Source of the DNA: Octopus bimaculoides
Lineage: Eukaryota
Length of the DNA: 64,000 nucleotides
NCBI RefSeq assembly: GCF_001194135.2
Contig: NC_068982.1
Location: 98,039,821-98,103,820, forward strand
Reading direction: 5' to 3'
Under the pieces are notes generated by a model that did no database searches, was not told the DNA's origin, and was given only the letters and a program-made list of their open reading frames with translations. Numbering within the stretch: the stretch's first letter is position 1; every line of letters begins with the position of its first letter. Position numbers and translations under genes: made by a program. Below, in pieces: positions 12,030 to 23,589 of the stretch.

Positions 12030-12150
12030 ATTAGATATCGAGGCAAACGTTCACCCCCATCTCTTTCCAGCTTTCACACATTATCTTCATCCAATGCCTC
12101 TTGTTTCACTACCAGCAACCCTGCATAAGTATCATACAATCTGTTCAAAG
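12030..12150 (-). mobile_element. Decayed RTE ORF fragment
   Basis: Minus AGATTGTATGAT...GGTAGTGAAACA...GATGAAGAT...GCTGGAAAGAGATG aligns to the RTE copy at ~598-695 (agattgtatgtt...ggcagtgaaaca...gctgaagac...cttgaaagaaatg). Confidence 0.65.
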
Positions 12151-12756
12151 ACAAGAGTAAAATGACATATAGAAACTTTTACAGTAGTTTAAAATAGATC
12201 TTTGTGCTATTTTGGTGATATTCAATTTAAGAAGAAGCTGATGACTACCATAAGGGATGAGACATTAGACTATTTGCAAGTAGCATTCCTGTATGAACTG
12301 GTAAATTACTGATGAGCCAGTGGGTGGGGGCATATATATACATACATACATGTTACATATAAGTACATTCCTGTTACCAACAGCCAATTTTCTATTTAAT
12401 AAACGATCAGTCAAAAAAACTATTACACTTGCAGGACATATGTAATAGTTGATTGGTGGACTTTCAGAATAGCATCCCTACATGGAGAAAATGCCACGAA
12501 ACTTTACCAGAGAAAGGCACAGAATTGCATGGCAAAAATGTACAAATATTGCATGCTTTGGATAAAAAGTTGTTTCCCAGAAGGGAACAATCACCAACAT
12601 TTTTTTAACCTTTTCTTTCTCCATAAGGTAATAATAGCTCTTCTGAAAGTCTGCCAATCGACTATTACACCTATCTCATGAGTATAATAGTTTATTTACT
12701 AATCTTTTGGAAAATGAGATGGCAAAGGAATAAAAGATTATTTTATGCACAACATT

Positions 12757-12837
12757 AGCTTACAACTGTTTCTGCTATAAGATGCAGTGGACTCATAGTT
12801 GAGTGCATGAGAAACACCTAATAGCTTCATCAGAGCC
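12757..12837 (-). ncRNA. Type I hammerhead-ribozyme-like motif (family B, long stem II)
   Basis: Minus: GGCU-CUGAUGA-A-GCUAU...AUAGC-A-GAAAC-AGUU-GUA-AGCU. Stem I is 4 bp (one G-U), stem II closes with 5 bp, putative cleavage triplet GUA. Confidence 0.6.
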
Positions 12838-13160
12838 TTGACTATGAAGTGCAAAGAAACGGCACTTCACCTCATTTTCTTATTACAGCTCTGTACCTGA
12901 CTAATGCACATGTATATGTATATCGAGTCCTACACCTGGTTATTCGCCTAAGTGAATTATTAAAACTAACCTTTTAGTAAACAAAAAAATTGGCTGTCAA
13001 TAAGTACTTATCTATCTACACACATACACACACACAAGCAAGTGTGGTTTATAAGTTTCTTGCGTAGTTATGAGGTTATGAGCTGGTTCTTTCTGCCTAG
13101 CCCAAATGACCAAGTTTTTTCTACTTTATAGTCTTAGGTTGGCCTACGCTTTGTGAGTGG

Positions 13161-13163
<3 letters not shown>

Positions 13164-13203
<40 letters not shown>
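13164..13203. repeat. (TG)n microsatellite
   Basis: Direct reading. Confidence 0.95.
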
Positions 13204-13204
<1 letters not shown>

Positions 13205-13419
13205 AAGACCGCAAGAATAAATATCTTACTTGGAAATAAACAATTAGTGACAGAAAGGGCTGTCAGCCATATGAAAGCTACCTGAACAAGTTTCATATAA
13301 CTCATGCAAGCATAGAGAAACGAAATGTTAGAAAAATGATGATGTAATTGTAAATTGATGTTCATCTTAATATTAATGTGCTGTTCCCTCTGTGCTATTG
13401 CATGTATGTATGTATGTAT

Positions 13420-13765
13420 GTGAAGGCACAGGTCAGTGGTTAGATTGTTAGGCTCACACTCATTAAGTAGTGAGCTCGATTCCCGAACCAAGCTGCGTGT
13501 TGTGCTCTTGAGCAAGGCACTTTAGTTTCACGCTGCTCCAATTCACTCAACTGTAGAAATGAGTTGCAATGTTACAGGTGCCAAGCTGTATCGGCCTTTG
13601 CCTTTCTCTTGGATAACATTAGTGGTGTGGAGAGGAGAGATTGCTGTGCATGGGCAACTGTTGGTCTTCCATAAAACAACTCTGCCTGGACTTGTACTTC
13701 GGAGGGGAACCTTCTAGGGGAATCCCATGGTCATTCATAATCAAAAGGGGGTCTTTAGTCCTTTA
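13420..13765 (+). mobile_element. tRNA-derived SINE family 3
   Basis: Head with A/B-box-like cagtggttag and ctcgattccc; body cttgagcaaggcacttt...ggtgccaagctgtatcggcctttgcc...aatcccatggtcattc. Second copy at 34414-34678. Confidence 0.85.
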
Positions 13766-13989
13766 ATCCTGTTTATTTATATACACACAAACATACATAC
13801 ACACACACATATATACACACAAACACATATATATATACACAAACATATATATATGTATTGATATAGATATAAATAGATAGAAATAAGTATATATAAACAT
13901 GCATACATATGCACAAGTTATTATATGTGTACAAGGCGTATGTTACATGAGGATGATGATGATGATGATGATTTATATTTGTTACCTCA

Positions 13990-15060
13990 GTACTCTAATT
14001 AGCAGTAGACAGAGATGCTGCAAAAGCACAGTCACCAAAGTAGGTGGGGTATTCAGGGAACAGTTATCATTGCAGGCAACAAATGGATTCTCACTAAGAG
14101 TGAAGGGCAAATTGTAAGCCTTGATTGCAATGAATGGGTGCTGAATGTGGAAGGCAAGTAAAATCTGGAAAAAAGTGAGGAGAGCATATTTGGCACAATG
14201 TGTAATGTCCAAAGTGCATGAATGATGGGTCTCAAATGAAATGAGAGAAAAAAAAACTTTTGTATAAGGATGATAAGGTGTAGTGTGGCAAGAGTGAATG
14301 CTGAACTGTACCAGACATGTGATGCATATGGAAGATGACAGCTGAATGATAGCAGCACACTTGCTCTTTCAGTGAGGCTGAAAAGAAAAAGGCATGGAGG
14401 TTAATGAATGAGAATGTAAAAGAGGAAGAAATGGACTATGTAAATAGATCCAACAGAAGAACCAGCCATTGAAATTGACAGCTATGTGGTCTAATGTGCG
14501 ATAAACGAAATATGAAGTCTGTAAATGCAGCTAGACCATCAGGGATATTCACAGTAATGTTGAAAACATCTGGTGAAGTAGGTTATGCACTAGTTAATCA
14601 AGTAAGTTATGGGAAGGTGTCATATGTGGTTATTGGCAAAGTTGTATGATGAAAAGCAAACAGAAATACTCCAGAGACAAATAACTACAAAGTTGAAAGG
14701 GTTACAGCACACCTGGTTAGGTAGAAAATTAGCAGAGATGTGACACAGTTCTGGATTGTACCTTTTTCTTGTGAGACAACCACAGAAGTGTTTAGTTTAA
14801 AGTAAGCCATTCTATCTAGCATTCATCAACCTGGAGAAAACCATTGATAGGGTTTCAGAGTTTGTAGTCAGGTTTACGATGCCATCAGTAAGGTCAGTGA
14901 TGGCAAATGAGTTCAACAAGGAATTTCGCATGCAGGGCAGTTCCATAGGTGTCAGTTCTCAGTACCCTCCTTTTGTATAATAGTTCTCTATGTATGCTGA
15001 TGACCTAGTTTCCATAGCTGATTCCGTCAAAGATTTAGAGGAAGAATACAGATGCATTAC
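13990..15060 (+). mobile_element. Scrambled RTE RT remnants including the catalytic YADD
   Basis: LAFINLEKTIDRV at ~14820-14855 (cf. LAFVDLEKAFDRV), MYADDLVSIA with YADD at 14993-15004, and gtgaagggcaaattgta matching the RTE at ~590. Confidence 0.7.
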
Positions 15061-15209
15061 CTAGAATCCAGAATTTATAAAATAATATTCTTTCAACTTG
15101 CTCTGTTCATAAGGCTAATACCAGTGATCATCATTTAATTCTAAGAAAATTCAGTTTTCCAGAAATGAGCTCAGAATTCAAAATAATTAATTTTTACAGA
15201 TGGAATTTA

Positions 15210-15420
15210 TTAACCCTTTAACATTTAAACCGGCCATATTCAAATATTCTACCTGTTTTCTGTTCATCAGCCAAATCTAACCTCTCATGCCTACCCTACA
15301 ATGTCATTCTAAAAATAAACAATCACCTCATTGAAATCTCAAAGTTAAGAGATAATGCATAATTTATTCAAAGTAATGTGAATTAAATAAGCATCACATT
15401 TGTCAGAGTCATCCAAAACT
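15210..15420 (-). mobile_element. piggyBac-type MITE, reverse copy of 3049-3266
   Basis: ttaaccctttaacatttaaaccggccatatt...ctacaatgtcattctaaaaataaacaatcac is the reverse complement of the first copy. The far end is degraded. Confidence 0.7.
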
Positions 15421-15619
15421 AATTAACTATGGAACTATATAACTGAATGCTGTTTTAGTTAACCAACAGTGAGCTTCCTGAAAGTATGTATCTTAGCACT
15501 TAAAACCATTTTTTCTTGATGAGACTACACTGCAAAATTGTAGAAGATAAACACATTAGACATAGGCATGAAATGCACTGAGATTCATATCAGAATTCTT
15601 ATGGTAGAAAAGAAATTTC

Positions 15620-15806
15620 CTGTGACATAAAAAGCACCCAGTACAGTCTGTAAAGAGGTTTGCAGCAATAGCAACTATACCAAAACAGACATTGGAGTCA
15701 GCCACAGTCTCTGGCCCACCAGTTCATGTCAAACCATCCAACCCATGCTAGCATAGAAAGCAGATGTTAAATGATGATGATGATGATGATGATGATGATA
15801 ATGATG
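15620..15806 (+). mobile_element. RTE 3' tail with (ATG)n
   Basis: gtcaaaccatccaacccatgctagcatagaaagcagatgttaaatgatgatgatg. Confidence 0.8.
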
Positions 15807-15949
15807 AATGAATGAATTAATAAAATAATACAGTGCCTGTCTAGAGTTAAATGTATGTAAGAAACAAAAACACCGTCAGGAGATCTATTCAAATTCCTCA
15901 ACATGGAATTTCTATTTAACATATATCAGCAGAATTCAGTAAATCTATC

Positions 15950-17090
15950 TACCATCAGATGAAAGCTCAGGGACTATTTTAAGCTAAAAATAAACTTCAG
16001 TCATAAACCTTAACCACCAATGCATCTTCTTTACAAGCACAGGAAGTTCTGCCTATATCTGACTCAGAAGTTGTCACAAAAGATAAAGTCGATGCTCTGC
16101 TGGAATCTGTCAAATCAAACTCTTTGCATACTAGATCCTATGTGGAGGCGCAATGGCCCAGTGGTTAGGGCACTGGACTCGTGGTCATAGGATCGCAGTT
16201 TCGATTCCCAGACCGGGTGTTGTGAGTGTTTCTTGAGCGAAAACACCTAAAGCTCCACAAGGCTCCGGCAGGGGATGGTGGCGAACCCTGCTGTACTCTT
16301 CCACCACAACTTTCTCTCACTCTTACTTCCTGTTTCTGTTGTACCAGTAATTCAAAGGGTCAGCCTTGTCACACTGTGTCACGCTGAATATCCCCGAGAA
16401 CTACGTTAAGGGTACACATGTCTGTGGAGTGCTCAGCCACTTGCACGTTAATTTCACGAGCAGGCTGTTCCACTGATCGGATCAACTGGAACCCTCGATG
16501 TCGTAAACGACAGAGTGCCAACAGAACAGAACTAGATCCTATACTATCATGGATAATTATTGTCTGTCAGAAAGCCTTGCTGTTGATCAATTACAGAATT
16601 AACTAATGTACCATTATCAATAGAATGTTTACTGGATTTATTGAAATTTGCATAACTAGACTTACTGGAAATATTCCTCTTCTCAAAAAGAAAGCTCTAA
16701 ATACAGAACAATTATACAATTATAGACAAAGTATCTTTCACTCTACCTCTTACTATAAAAATCATTGCACAGCTGGTTACCAGATGTATACAGAATTATT
16801 TGCAGACAAACTCATTTCTGTCAACATATCAGTCAGCATACAGGACTGGTTTCTCAGAAGTGATTTTCTTGATTGAAATTTGGAGTTCAACGCAGTTAAT
16901 CATGGCATCTTTATACATCATCATTAATCATATTTTAGTTTTGATATGTTAGTCCACTGGTTTTGTTCTTAACTCACCCAAAGATGTAAGGTTGAACATA
17001 TCAATGCCACTCGTGGAACACTCAATCCTCAGCTGTCCTCATTATACATTGCTTCATGGTCCAGTATTCTGCAACTGGTCAAAAATCTTT
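15950..17090 (+). mobile_element. CR1/L2-group LINE RT remnant, interrupted by a SINE
   Basis: ~16770-16915 reads QLVTRCIQNYLQTNSFLSTYQSAYRTGFS, then in another frame EFNAVNHGIF (cf. YL..N.LLS..QSAYR.GHS...AFDTVDHxIL). The left boundary is a guess. Confidence 0.6.
16142..16530 (+). mobile_element. Full-length tRNA-derived SINE with a perfect 12-bp TSD
   Basis: TSD actagatcctat at 16130-16141 and 16531-16542. A-box TGGCCCAGTGG, B-box GTTTCGATTCC. Confidence 0.9.
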
Positions 17091-17092
17091 TC

Positions 17093-17495
17093 ATAAGTGC
17101 AGGTGTGGCTGTGTGGTAAGAACCTTGCTTCCCAACCACATGGTTCAAGGTTTAGTCCCACTGCACAACATCTTGGGCAAGTGTCTTCTACTATAGCCAT
17201 GGGCCAAGTGAAGTCTTGTGAGTGGATTTGGTAGAGGGAAACTGAAAGAAACCCATTGTATGTATGTATATATATATAATGTATCTATGTGTTTTTGTCC
17301 CCCATCACCACTTGACAACTGATGTTAGTGTGTTTATGTTCCCATAACTTAACAGTTTGGCAAAACAAAACTGATAGAATAAGTATTAAGCTTAAGAAAA
17401 AAGTCCTGAGGTCATTTTGTTCAACTAAAACCTGTCGAGGCAGTGCTCCAGCATGGCTGCAGTCAAATGACAGAAACCAGTAAAAGAGTAAAAGA
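17093..17495 (+). mobile_element. SINE family 1, full-length, CpG-decayed
   Basis: Same architecture as 45791-46210, with CpG replaced by TpG/CpA (cccataacttaacagtttggc vs cccgtaacttagcggttcggc). Confidence 0.9.
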
Positions 17496-17589
17496 ACTGA
17501 CAACCCAAGATGACCACTTATCCTGATCAAACAGCATTCCAATACAGATACTAATGGCTTGTCTATTTCCTCTATTTACAACAACAAAT

Positions 17590-17910
17590 GCAACAAGTAT
17601 CTGGGAATTGATGACAATATTTCCACAGTGGTGCTGTAAGGAAAGCTAAAAAGTAACAAAGGAATACTCCAGCAAACTTTGGAAATTATAGGAATCAGAC
17701 CCATCAACATTCTATAATGCTATATAAATATCCCATAACCGTTTTACAGTGCTAGCGCTAGAACCAGTATTTTGGGACACTACAATAGACACTTAAAGAA
17801 AACTATAATTTGGACATCAAAACTAGGAAGATAATAACCAATAGCAACTTCCACCTCAACATTGGCACTGACAAAATCTACATAAGATGGAATAATAGAG
17901 GCATAAAATT
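17590..17910 (+). mobile_element. R4/Dong-like non-LTR retrotransposon remnant (post-RT region)
   Basis: NKYLGIDDNIS, KVTKEY and LDIKTRKIITNSNFHLNIGTDKIYIRWNNRGIKL resemble YKYLG...DIKTRK.LT...FH.NSD.DRLY..R..GGRG of R4-like RTs. Confidence 0.6.
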
Positions 17911-18868
17911 AGTCTAAATCAGGGGCCAGTGAACCAGGGTAAATTACCTCAAGTGAGGTAAAAATGAAATGCTTGGGGGTAATGAGGACTCATTAGACAT
18001 AAGTAAAATTATATAAAAAAACATGTTCCTTGTTACAACAGAAATCTTTCTTCTGGTATGAGGAGGCAGTCAGTAAGTTGCTGCCTTTTGCAACAATTTA
18101 CCTTTGCAAACAAGGATTTTCTATTCTAATGAACATAAAAACAAAAAGCAGAATAGTTAATTGGACTCCGAAGACTGTATCCAAACTGCTTGGGCATCAA
18201 AATGCCCCAATTTTGATGTAATTGTAACAATAATGAAACAACATCATTTCTCCAAAACTTTAAGTGAAAAAGTCTCTAGAAAAATCCTTTTGTTTCATAA
18301 TGAGGCTATTAATTAATTTTATCACATTTGTGTTATACTTCTTATATTTATTATTGTATTCTCCATATAAATAGACTCAATAAACCTTTTGAATTCAAAA
18401 AATCTATGATTTTCCATCCTTTCAAATCAAGGGACTAATGTTGGCAGTTCCACATTGCAATATCCTGAAAAAAACCTGCTAAAGAGGAAAAGTGAAAAAT
18501 GAATACATCACATGTGTATTTCACATTGAAAATAGTTGAAGAACTGAAAAGGTAGTCTAGTGTACAGCTGTTTCATTTGATCCAAGGATAGCTAGATAAA
18601 CTACTTCAAGGGTTACTTGGAGGAGAAAAATTCATTTTAGCAGGTTATGTCCATTATTATAAATCAAATAAGCTAGAGGTTACCAAAATATTGAAGAGAA
18701 GGGTTGCTTCTACTGGATCTGTGGTTGATAAATCACATCCTACCTAGAAGAATGATATACCTTTCCTATTCAGATGTGAATGCTTCATCTCAAGTTGTGG
18801 AAAAAGAGGACATTTGTGGCTTTAGCTGCTCATTTGTACCAATTACACACACACACACATTATATATA

Positions 18869-18908
18869 AGTCTGATGAAGGCTAAAAAGCCGAAACTCCT
18901 AAGTCACT
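18869..18908 (+). ncRNA. Minimal type I hammerhead-like motif (family A)
   Basis: AGU-CUGAUGA-A-GGCU-AAAA-AGCC-GAAACU-CCUA-AGUC-ACU. Stems I/II/III are 3/4/3 bp; putative cleavage triplet GUC at 18903-18905. Confidence 0.6.
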
Positions 18909-19569
18909 CTCCTGCCTTCTGGTAAAAGTTCCCGAGACATGTATTCTACAAAAAAGTATTGAGTAATCCTTCAGTTTCATGTTAATTTGTTTTTATATAT
19001 AACTTGACATAAAAACAGTATATATATACATATATATATTTTAATTTTGTACACACATACACACACGTGATATGCAATGCATGTGTATATGTGCCAGTTA
19101 GGTGACACTGGGTTCAAGAAATTCTAGGATTTTTCCCGAAAGAATGAAGCAAACTAACTTTTATTTCCTAAATACAATTGATTAATCATAACAGTGAAGG
19201 AGAGTTGGAAAGTATTCCAAAGATCTGCCATTTGAATTCTCTGGAATGAACATATGCACACAATCTCATGTATTCATATAGCATACAGAAACAGAGTAAT
19301 CACATACACACGTGTGTGTGCATGTGTACCCACTACATCAGTGCTCGTATATTCATTCAAACATCATGTATACAACTAACTCATATATTCACAAATCCCT
19401 GGAGCTGACTTGACTCGAGCAATAAGGCCTTATCACCTTGTAAGTAAGTAACTGGCTTGAATGTGAATTCGGAGAAGAGCTCAAATAACTCTTAAAGAAA
19501 TACACACACACAGACATGGGTTATGAGATATACAGCCTTATTGAATGCTTACAGATCTAACTTCCACAG

Positions 19570-19685
19570 ATACACACACATATATATATACATACATATA
19601 TACACACATACATATATATACACATATATAGATATATATACACACACACACACACACACATACATACACAAACTATATATATATG

Positions 19686-19725
<40 letters not shown>

Positions 19726-19735
19726 TACATACACA

Positions 19736-19786
<51 letters not shown>
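19570..19786. repeat. Compound (TA)/(CA) microsatellite with a duplicated ~55-nt higher-order unit
   Basis: (TA)n(CA)n-tacatacacaaac-(TA)n occurs twice. Confidence 0.9.
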
Positions 19787-19788
<2 letters not shown>

Positions 19789-20639
19789 TGCATACATAAC
19801 ATGAAATATATGGTAAGCCAGGAGCTTAAAGTGAGTAGAAGTCCAGATGGCATTGTTAAACAACCATTGATCCTAATAGCTTCTGTTAGTGAATAAGTAA
19901 GATAAAGACATCTGATTCCTTTCTGTGAGTTATTTGTCCATTGTAAGAACTGTAGACACCAATATGCTGAAAAGATTATAAATGGAGGAAGTGAAAAGGT
20001 CATCGTAACAAGTTGACAACAACCAAAATGATTGGTCGATATTTAAGGGTATTGATTTTAAATGTCACAGCTATTACTAAAGGCAACACCTGGATAAGTT
20101 AGATGGGAATTATAACGGACACAGGCCACTTGCTGCAATATTAGTATCCCGATAACACAATGGTTGAAATCTGAAGAACATTATTATTATTAAATCAAAT
20201 ATTATCACATGAAATGCATGAAGTTGACATTGTAGAAATGCCGTCAGTAACATGTGTGTTGCATAAATGCAATATAGGTAACTAAGCCTCAACACCTGTT
20301 ACAGGTGACATGAGGAAACAAGACAAATAAGAAAATGAACAATGGTTGTTGCTGAGGAGATGGTGGTAGTGGTTGTGACTTAGCCTCAAGTCAGTTCTAA
20401 GTGGATAGACTTGCCAAAGCCTTCTGAATGTGACTATCTTTTTTTTCCGTTTTTTTTTTTTTTTTCTAAGAGCATCTAGGAGCACATAATCTAATGTGTT
20501 CTTTGCTTGTATTCTTTGTTTAGAAAAAAAAAACCCAAAAAAACAGAGCAATATGATTTGAGGGAGATTGCTATATCTAGCAAGTTGAGTGACTGCAAAG
20601 AGGGTCCCTTGTTCACTTGATGATGGCAGCAGTGTTGAT

Positions 20640-20672
<33 letters not shown>

Positions 20673-21397
20673 CGATGATGATCATGAAGTATGATAATGT
20701 GGACGGCAGCAAAGATAATGATGAGAACACAATAAAACAAGAACCCCATGATGGTGATGATATGATACTGATGAAAAAGCAGGTGATAAACTATTTCAAA
20801 CAGGAGATGAATTGGATTAGATTATTCAAATACCTCCATCCTTTCAACAGAAAATATTTCCTGCAGTGAGCAACTGACCAATTAGCTGACAACACTATGC
20901 ATAACAAAAGTCAACAAGGGAGCAACTATGTGGTTGCTTGACCTGCCAAAGATAGTAACCCTATCTACCTCAAATCACATCTTAAAAAAAAAAAAAATCG
21001 GGAAGTGGAGGTATAAAAAAATGGATAGCGAAGGGAGAGCCTATTCCTTATAGATCTTCTTAAAGAGAACTGACCTTGAGCTTCAAGACCAAGAACAATT
21101 ACTATGTAGAGTAGGAACAAGAGATCTACCATTGACTGCAATTTTACAATTTCTGCAATAAAAACTTGGCATTGAAAAAGACTTATAATTTAAGATTTTA
21201 AAAAGTGTAAACATCTTATTGTTAATAAATTCTGATGCTTCTTTCTCTAGTTCATTTTCTTGTGATAAGAAAATGACAAAATAGAAAGCTTCAATGAGCA
21301 ATAAGGATACTTTTTACATCAGGGTAACATTAATGTATGCAAGTAATTATATCTCGTGAATATTGCAGAATTAGTGATTACACACACACACACACAC

Positions 21398-21545
21398 AGA
21401 AGCATGGTTGTATGGTTAAGAAGCTTGCTTCCCACTCACACGGTTTCAGGTTCAGTCCCAGTGCATGACACTTTGGGCAAGTATCTTCTACTATAGAATT
21501 GGGCAGAACAAAGTGTTGTGAGTGGATTTGGCACACAAAAACTAT
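21398..21545 (+). mobile_element. SINE family 1, 5' part
   Basis: gcatggttgtatggttaagaagcttgcttccc...ggttcagtccc...gtgagtggatttgg. Confidence 0.75.
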
Positions 21546-21749
21546 GTCTGTGAATCTGTGAATGTATATATGCTTGTGTTGCTTTGTGTTCACATTGCGT
21601 GATAGTTGAATATGTGTGTCACTGTTATCCGGGCAATGTCATTCATGTCTGCGAAATATTGGGAAATATTAACTTTCTAGGAAACAAATGCCCAACTCAT
21701 GCAAGCATAGAAAAATGATGATGATGATGATGATGATGAAGATGATTAC

Positions 21750-22105
21750 AGACACACAGGCTTCTTTCAGTTCTCACAAACTAAATCCAATTACAAGGCT
21801 TTGGTCAGCCTGAGACTATAGTAGAAGACACTTGCCCAAGGTGTCATGGTAAGGTAAAGTTACCTTCGAATCATACTGACTCATAAGGGCTGGTTTCCCA
21901 GTTTCCCCACCTGGACAGGAGCAAAGTGAAATGAAGTACTTTACTAAAGAACACAATGCGTTGCCTCCGTCCAGGAATCAAGACCACAATCTTACAATCA
22001 GAAGCCCAACATCCTAACCACTAAGCCATGCGCCTCTACAAGGTGCCACGCCATGGGACTGAACCTGAGACCATTTGGTTGAGAAGCAAACTTCTTTACT
22101 ACACA
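21750..22105 (-). mobile_element. SINE family 1 (5' half) carrying a nested SINE at 21844-22038
   Basis: Host sequence resumes after the insert; 7-bp duplication caaggtg at 21837-21843 and 22039-22045. Confidence 0.8.
21844..22038 (-). mobile_element. Nested tRNA-head SINE ending in ...gaaggtaactttacct
   Basis: Minus head TAGAGGCGCATGGCTTAGTGGTTAGG, B-box-like CTTGATTCC, flanked by the 7-bp TSD. Confidence 0.75.
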
Positions 22106-22174
22106 TTAGCATGGCGAAAGGCAGATAAAACACTAATATAGAAGCATGGAGAACAGATATTAAAATAAAAGACA

Positions 22175-22283
22175 ACAATCAGATTGGAGCCTGGTGTCGC
22201 CTCCTGGTCCACCAGTCCTCAGTCAAATTGTCCAACCCATGCTAGCATGGAAAGCGGACGTTAAACGACGATGATGATGATGA
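22175..22283 (+). mobile_element. RTE 3' tail
   Basis: cagattggagcctggtgtcgcc...gtccaacccatgctagcatggaaagcggacgttaaacgacgatgatg. Confidence 0.8.
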
Positions 22284-22444
22284 ATGATCATCAAATAGTA
22301 GATGAAATGTAGTCCACATGAGAGCAACCCTAGTTTTAGAGTAACCTAAATTATAATCTTCCATCAGAATTTCATAATTTACTAAATTCTTCATTATTTT
22401 TAAAATTAATAAAAACAAAAAGCAGTGTATTTCAACAGAAATAT

Positions 22445-22555
22445 ATTAGTCTCAAATTTTGGCACAGGGCCAACAATTTCAGGGAGGGGATAAGTCATAT
22501 TTACATTGACCCCTAGTATTCAACTGGTACTTATATTATCAACCTTGGAAGGATG
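22445..22555 (-). mobile_element. SINE family 2, 3' fragment
   Basis: Reverse complement of the family-2 tail (aaattttggcacagggccaacaatttcagggagggg...caactggtactta). Confidence 0.65.
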
Positions 22556-23589
22556 AATATTAACAAAAGGATTAAGCTATATAATAGCATGAGGCGATAT
22601 TTACATTTATACATTTATCTGAAGGTCAGATCACCAACCTCAATTTTTTTAATAATATAAATATGATAGAATAAAATACGCACATCATATATATATAAAT
22701 ATATACATACATATATGATATATATATATATATATATGGATAATGTAAATGGTATGAACATGTAAAAAGAACAAACAATAAGGGTTGGGAGAACAGCCAA
22801 TACTATGGTGAGTGAGAGTGTTGGCAGGCTGGATAGATGGAAAATTGCATATTGGATGGGAAGTGTTGCCATAAGTACAAGTGAGATGGCAGCCAAGGAA
22901 GACATACAGAAAATAATCTGAATATGGAAGTTGTTCTCTGCAGGCCCTTGGAATCTGTCAAATTGCCAAATTGCTGGAAATGCAGACGACAATGATGAAA
23001 AGAAATAGAATTAATCTCTTTAAATCTACAAGGTGGTTCATGCTATTCATATGCCTGTTTATTTGTAAACAGGGGAATTCTTTATAATGAGCATTGTTGT
23101 GTGTACATTTGAATTGAAGCCAAAAGTATAGCCAAAAGTAAACCCATCAAACCCACACTAGTATACACAAACAAACAACAACAAAAAAGGACAGTGGGTG
23201 AAGTGAAATTACTTCTGACATACCACTGTAAAAAAAACAAAACATTATTTCTGTAGCTCTCAAACTCGAGTGTTTTGTCTTAACACTTTTAATGTAATAG
23301 TAACTAAATAGATACAAAATCAGTGTCTTCAAATAGCCAACATGAAGAGACATTTCTTTGACTGGTAGATTTGCTTTAATTAATAAAATATTGGTCTAAT
23401 TAAAGAGCTGTTTAGTCTAATTAATAGTCAATCTAATTGACAAAATATCAATTAAATTTTGTACTGCTTTAAGCTGCAAAACACTGGTTTAACTATGATG
23501 AAAAACAAATGATAAATATGTAACCGGAACAGATAAAATTCTGGTTTCAGAAAAAGTACTAATCTAAAAGCATTGGTTTATCTGGGTAA

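Noticed and set aside
12030-12140. Apparent 111-nt minus-strand exon (LYDTYAGLLVVKQEALDEDNV*KLERDGGERLPRYL) with strong splice sites and an in-frame TGA, suggesting readthrough or selenocysteine
   Set aside because: The DNA aligns to the RTE ORF copy at ~598-695, so it is a decayed LINE fragment.
16142-16225. tRNA gene
   Set aside because: It has A/B boxes but continues into a SINE body flanked by a TSD; no complete cloverleaf.
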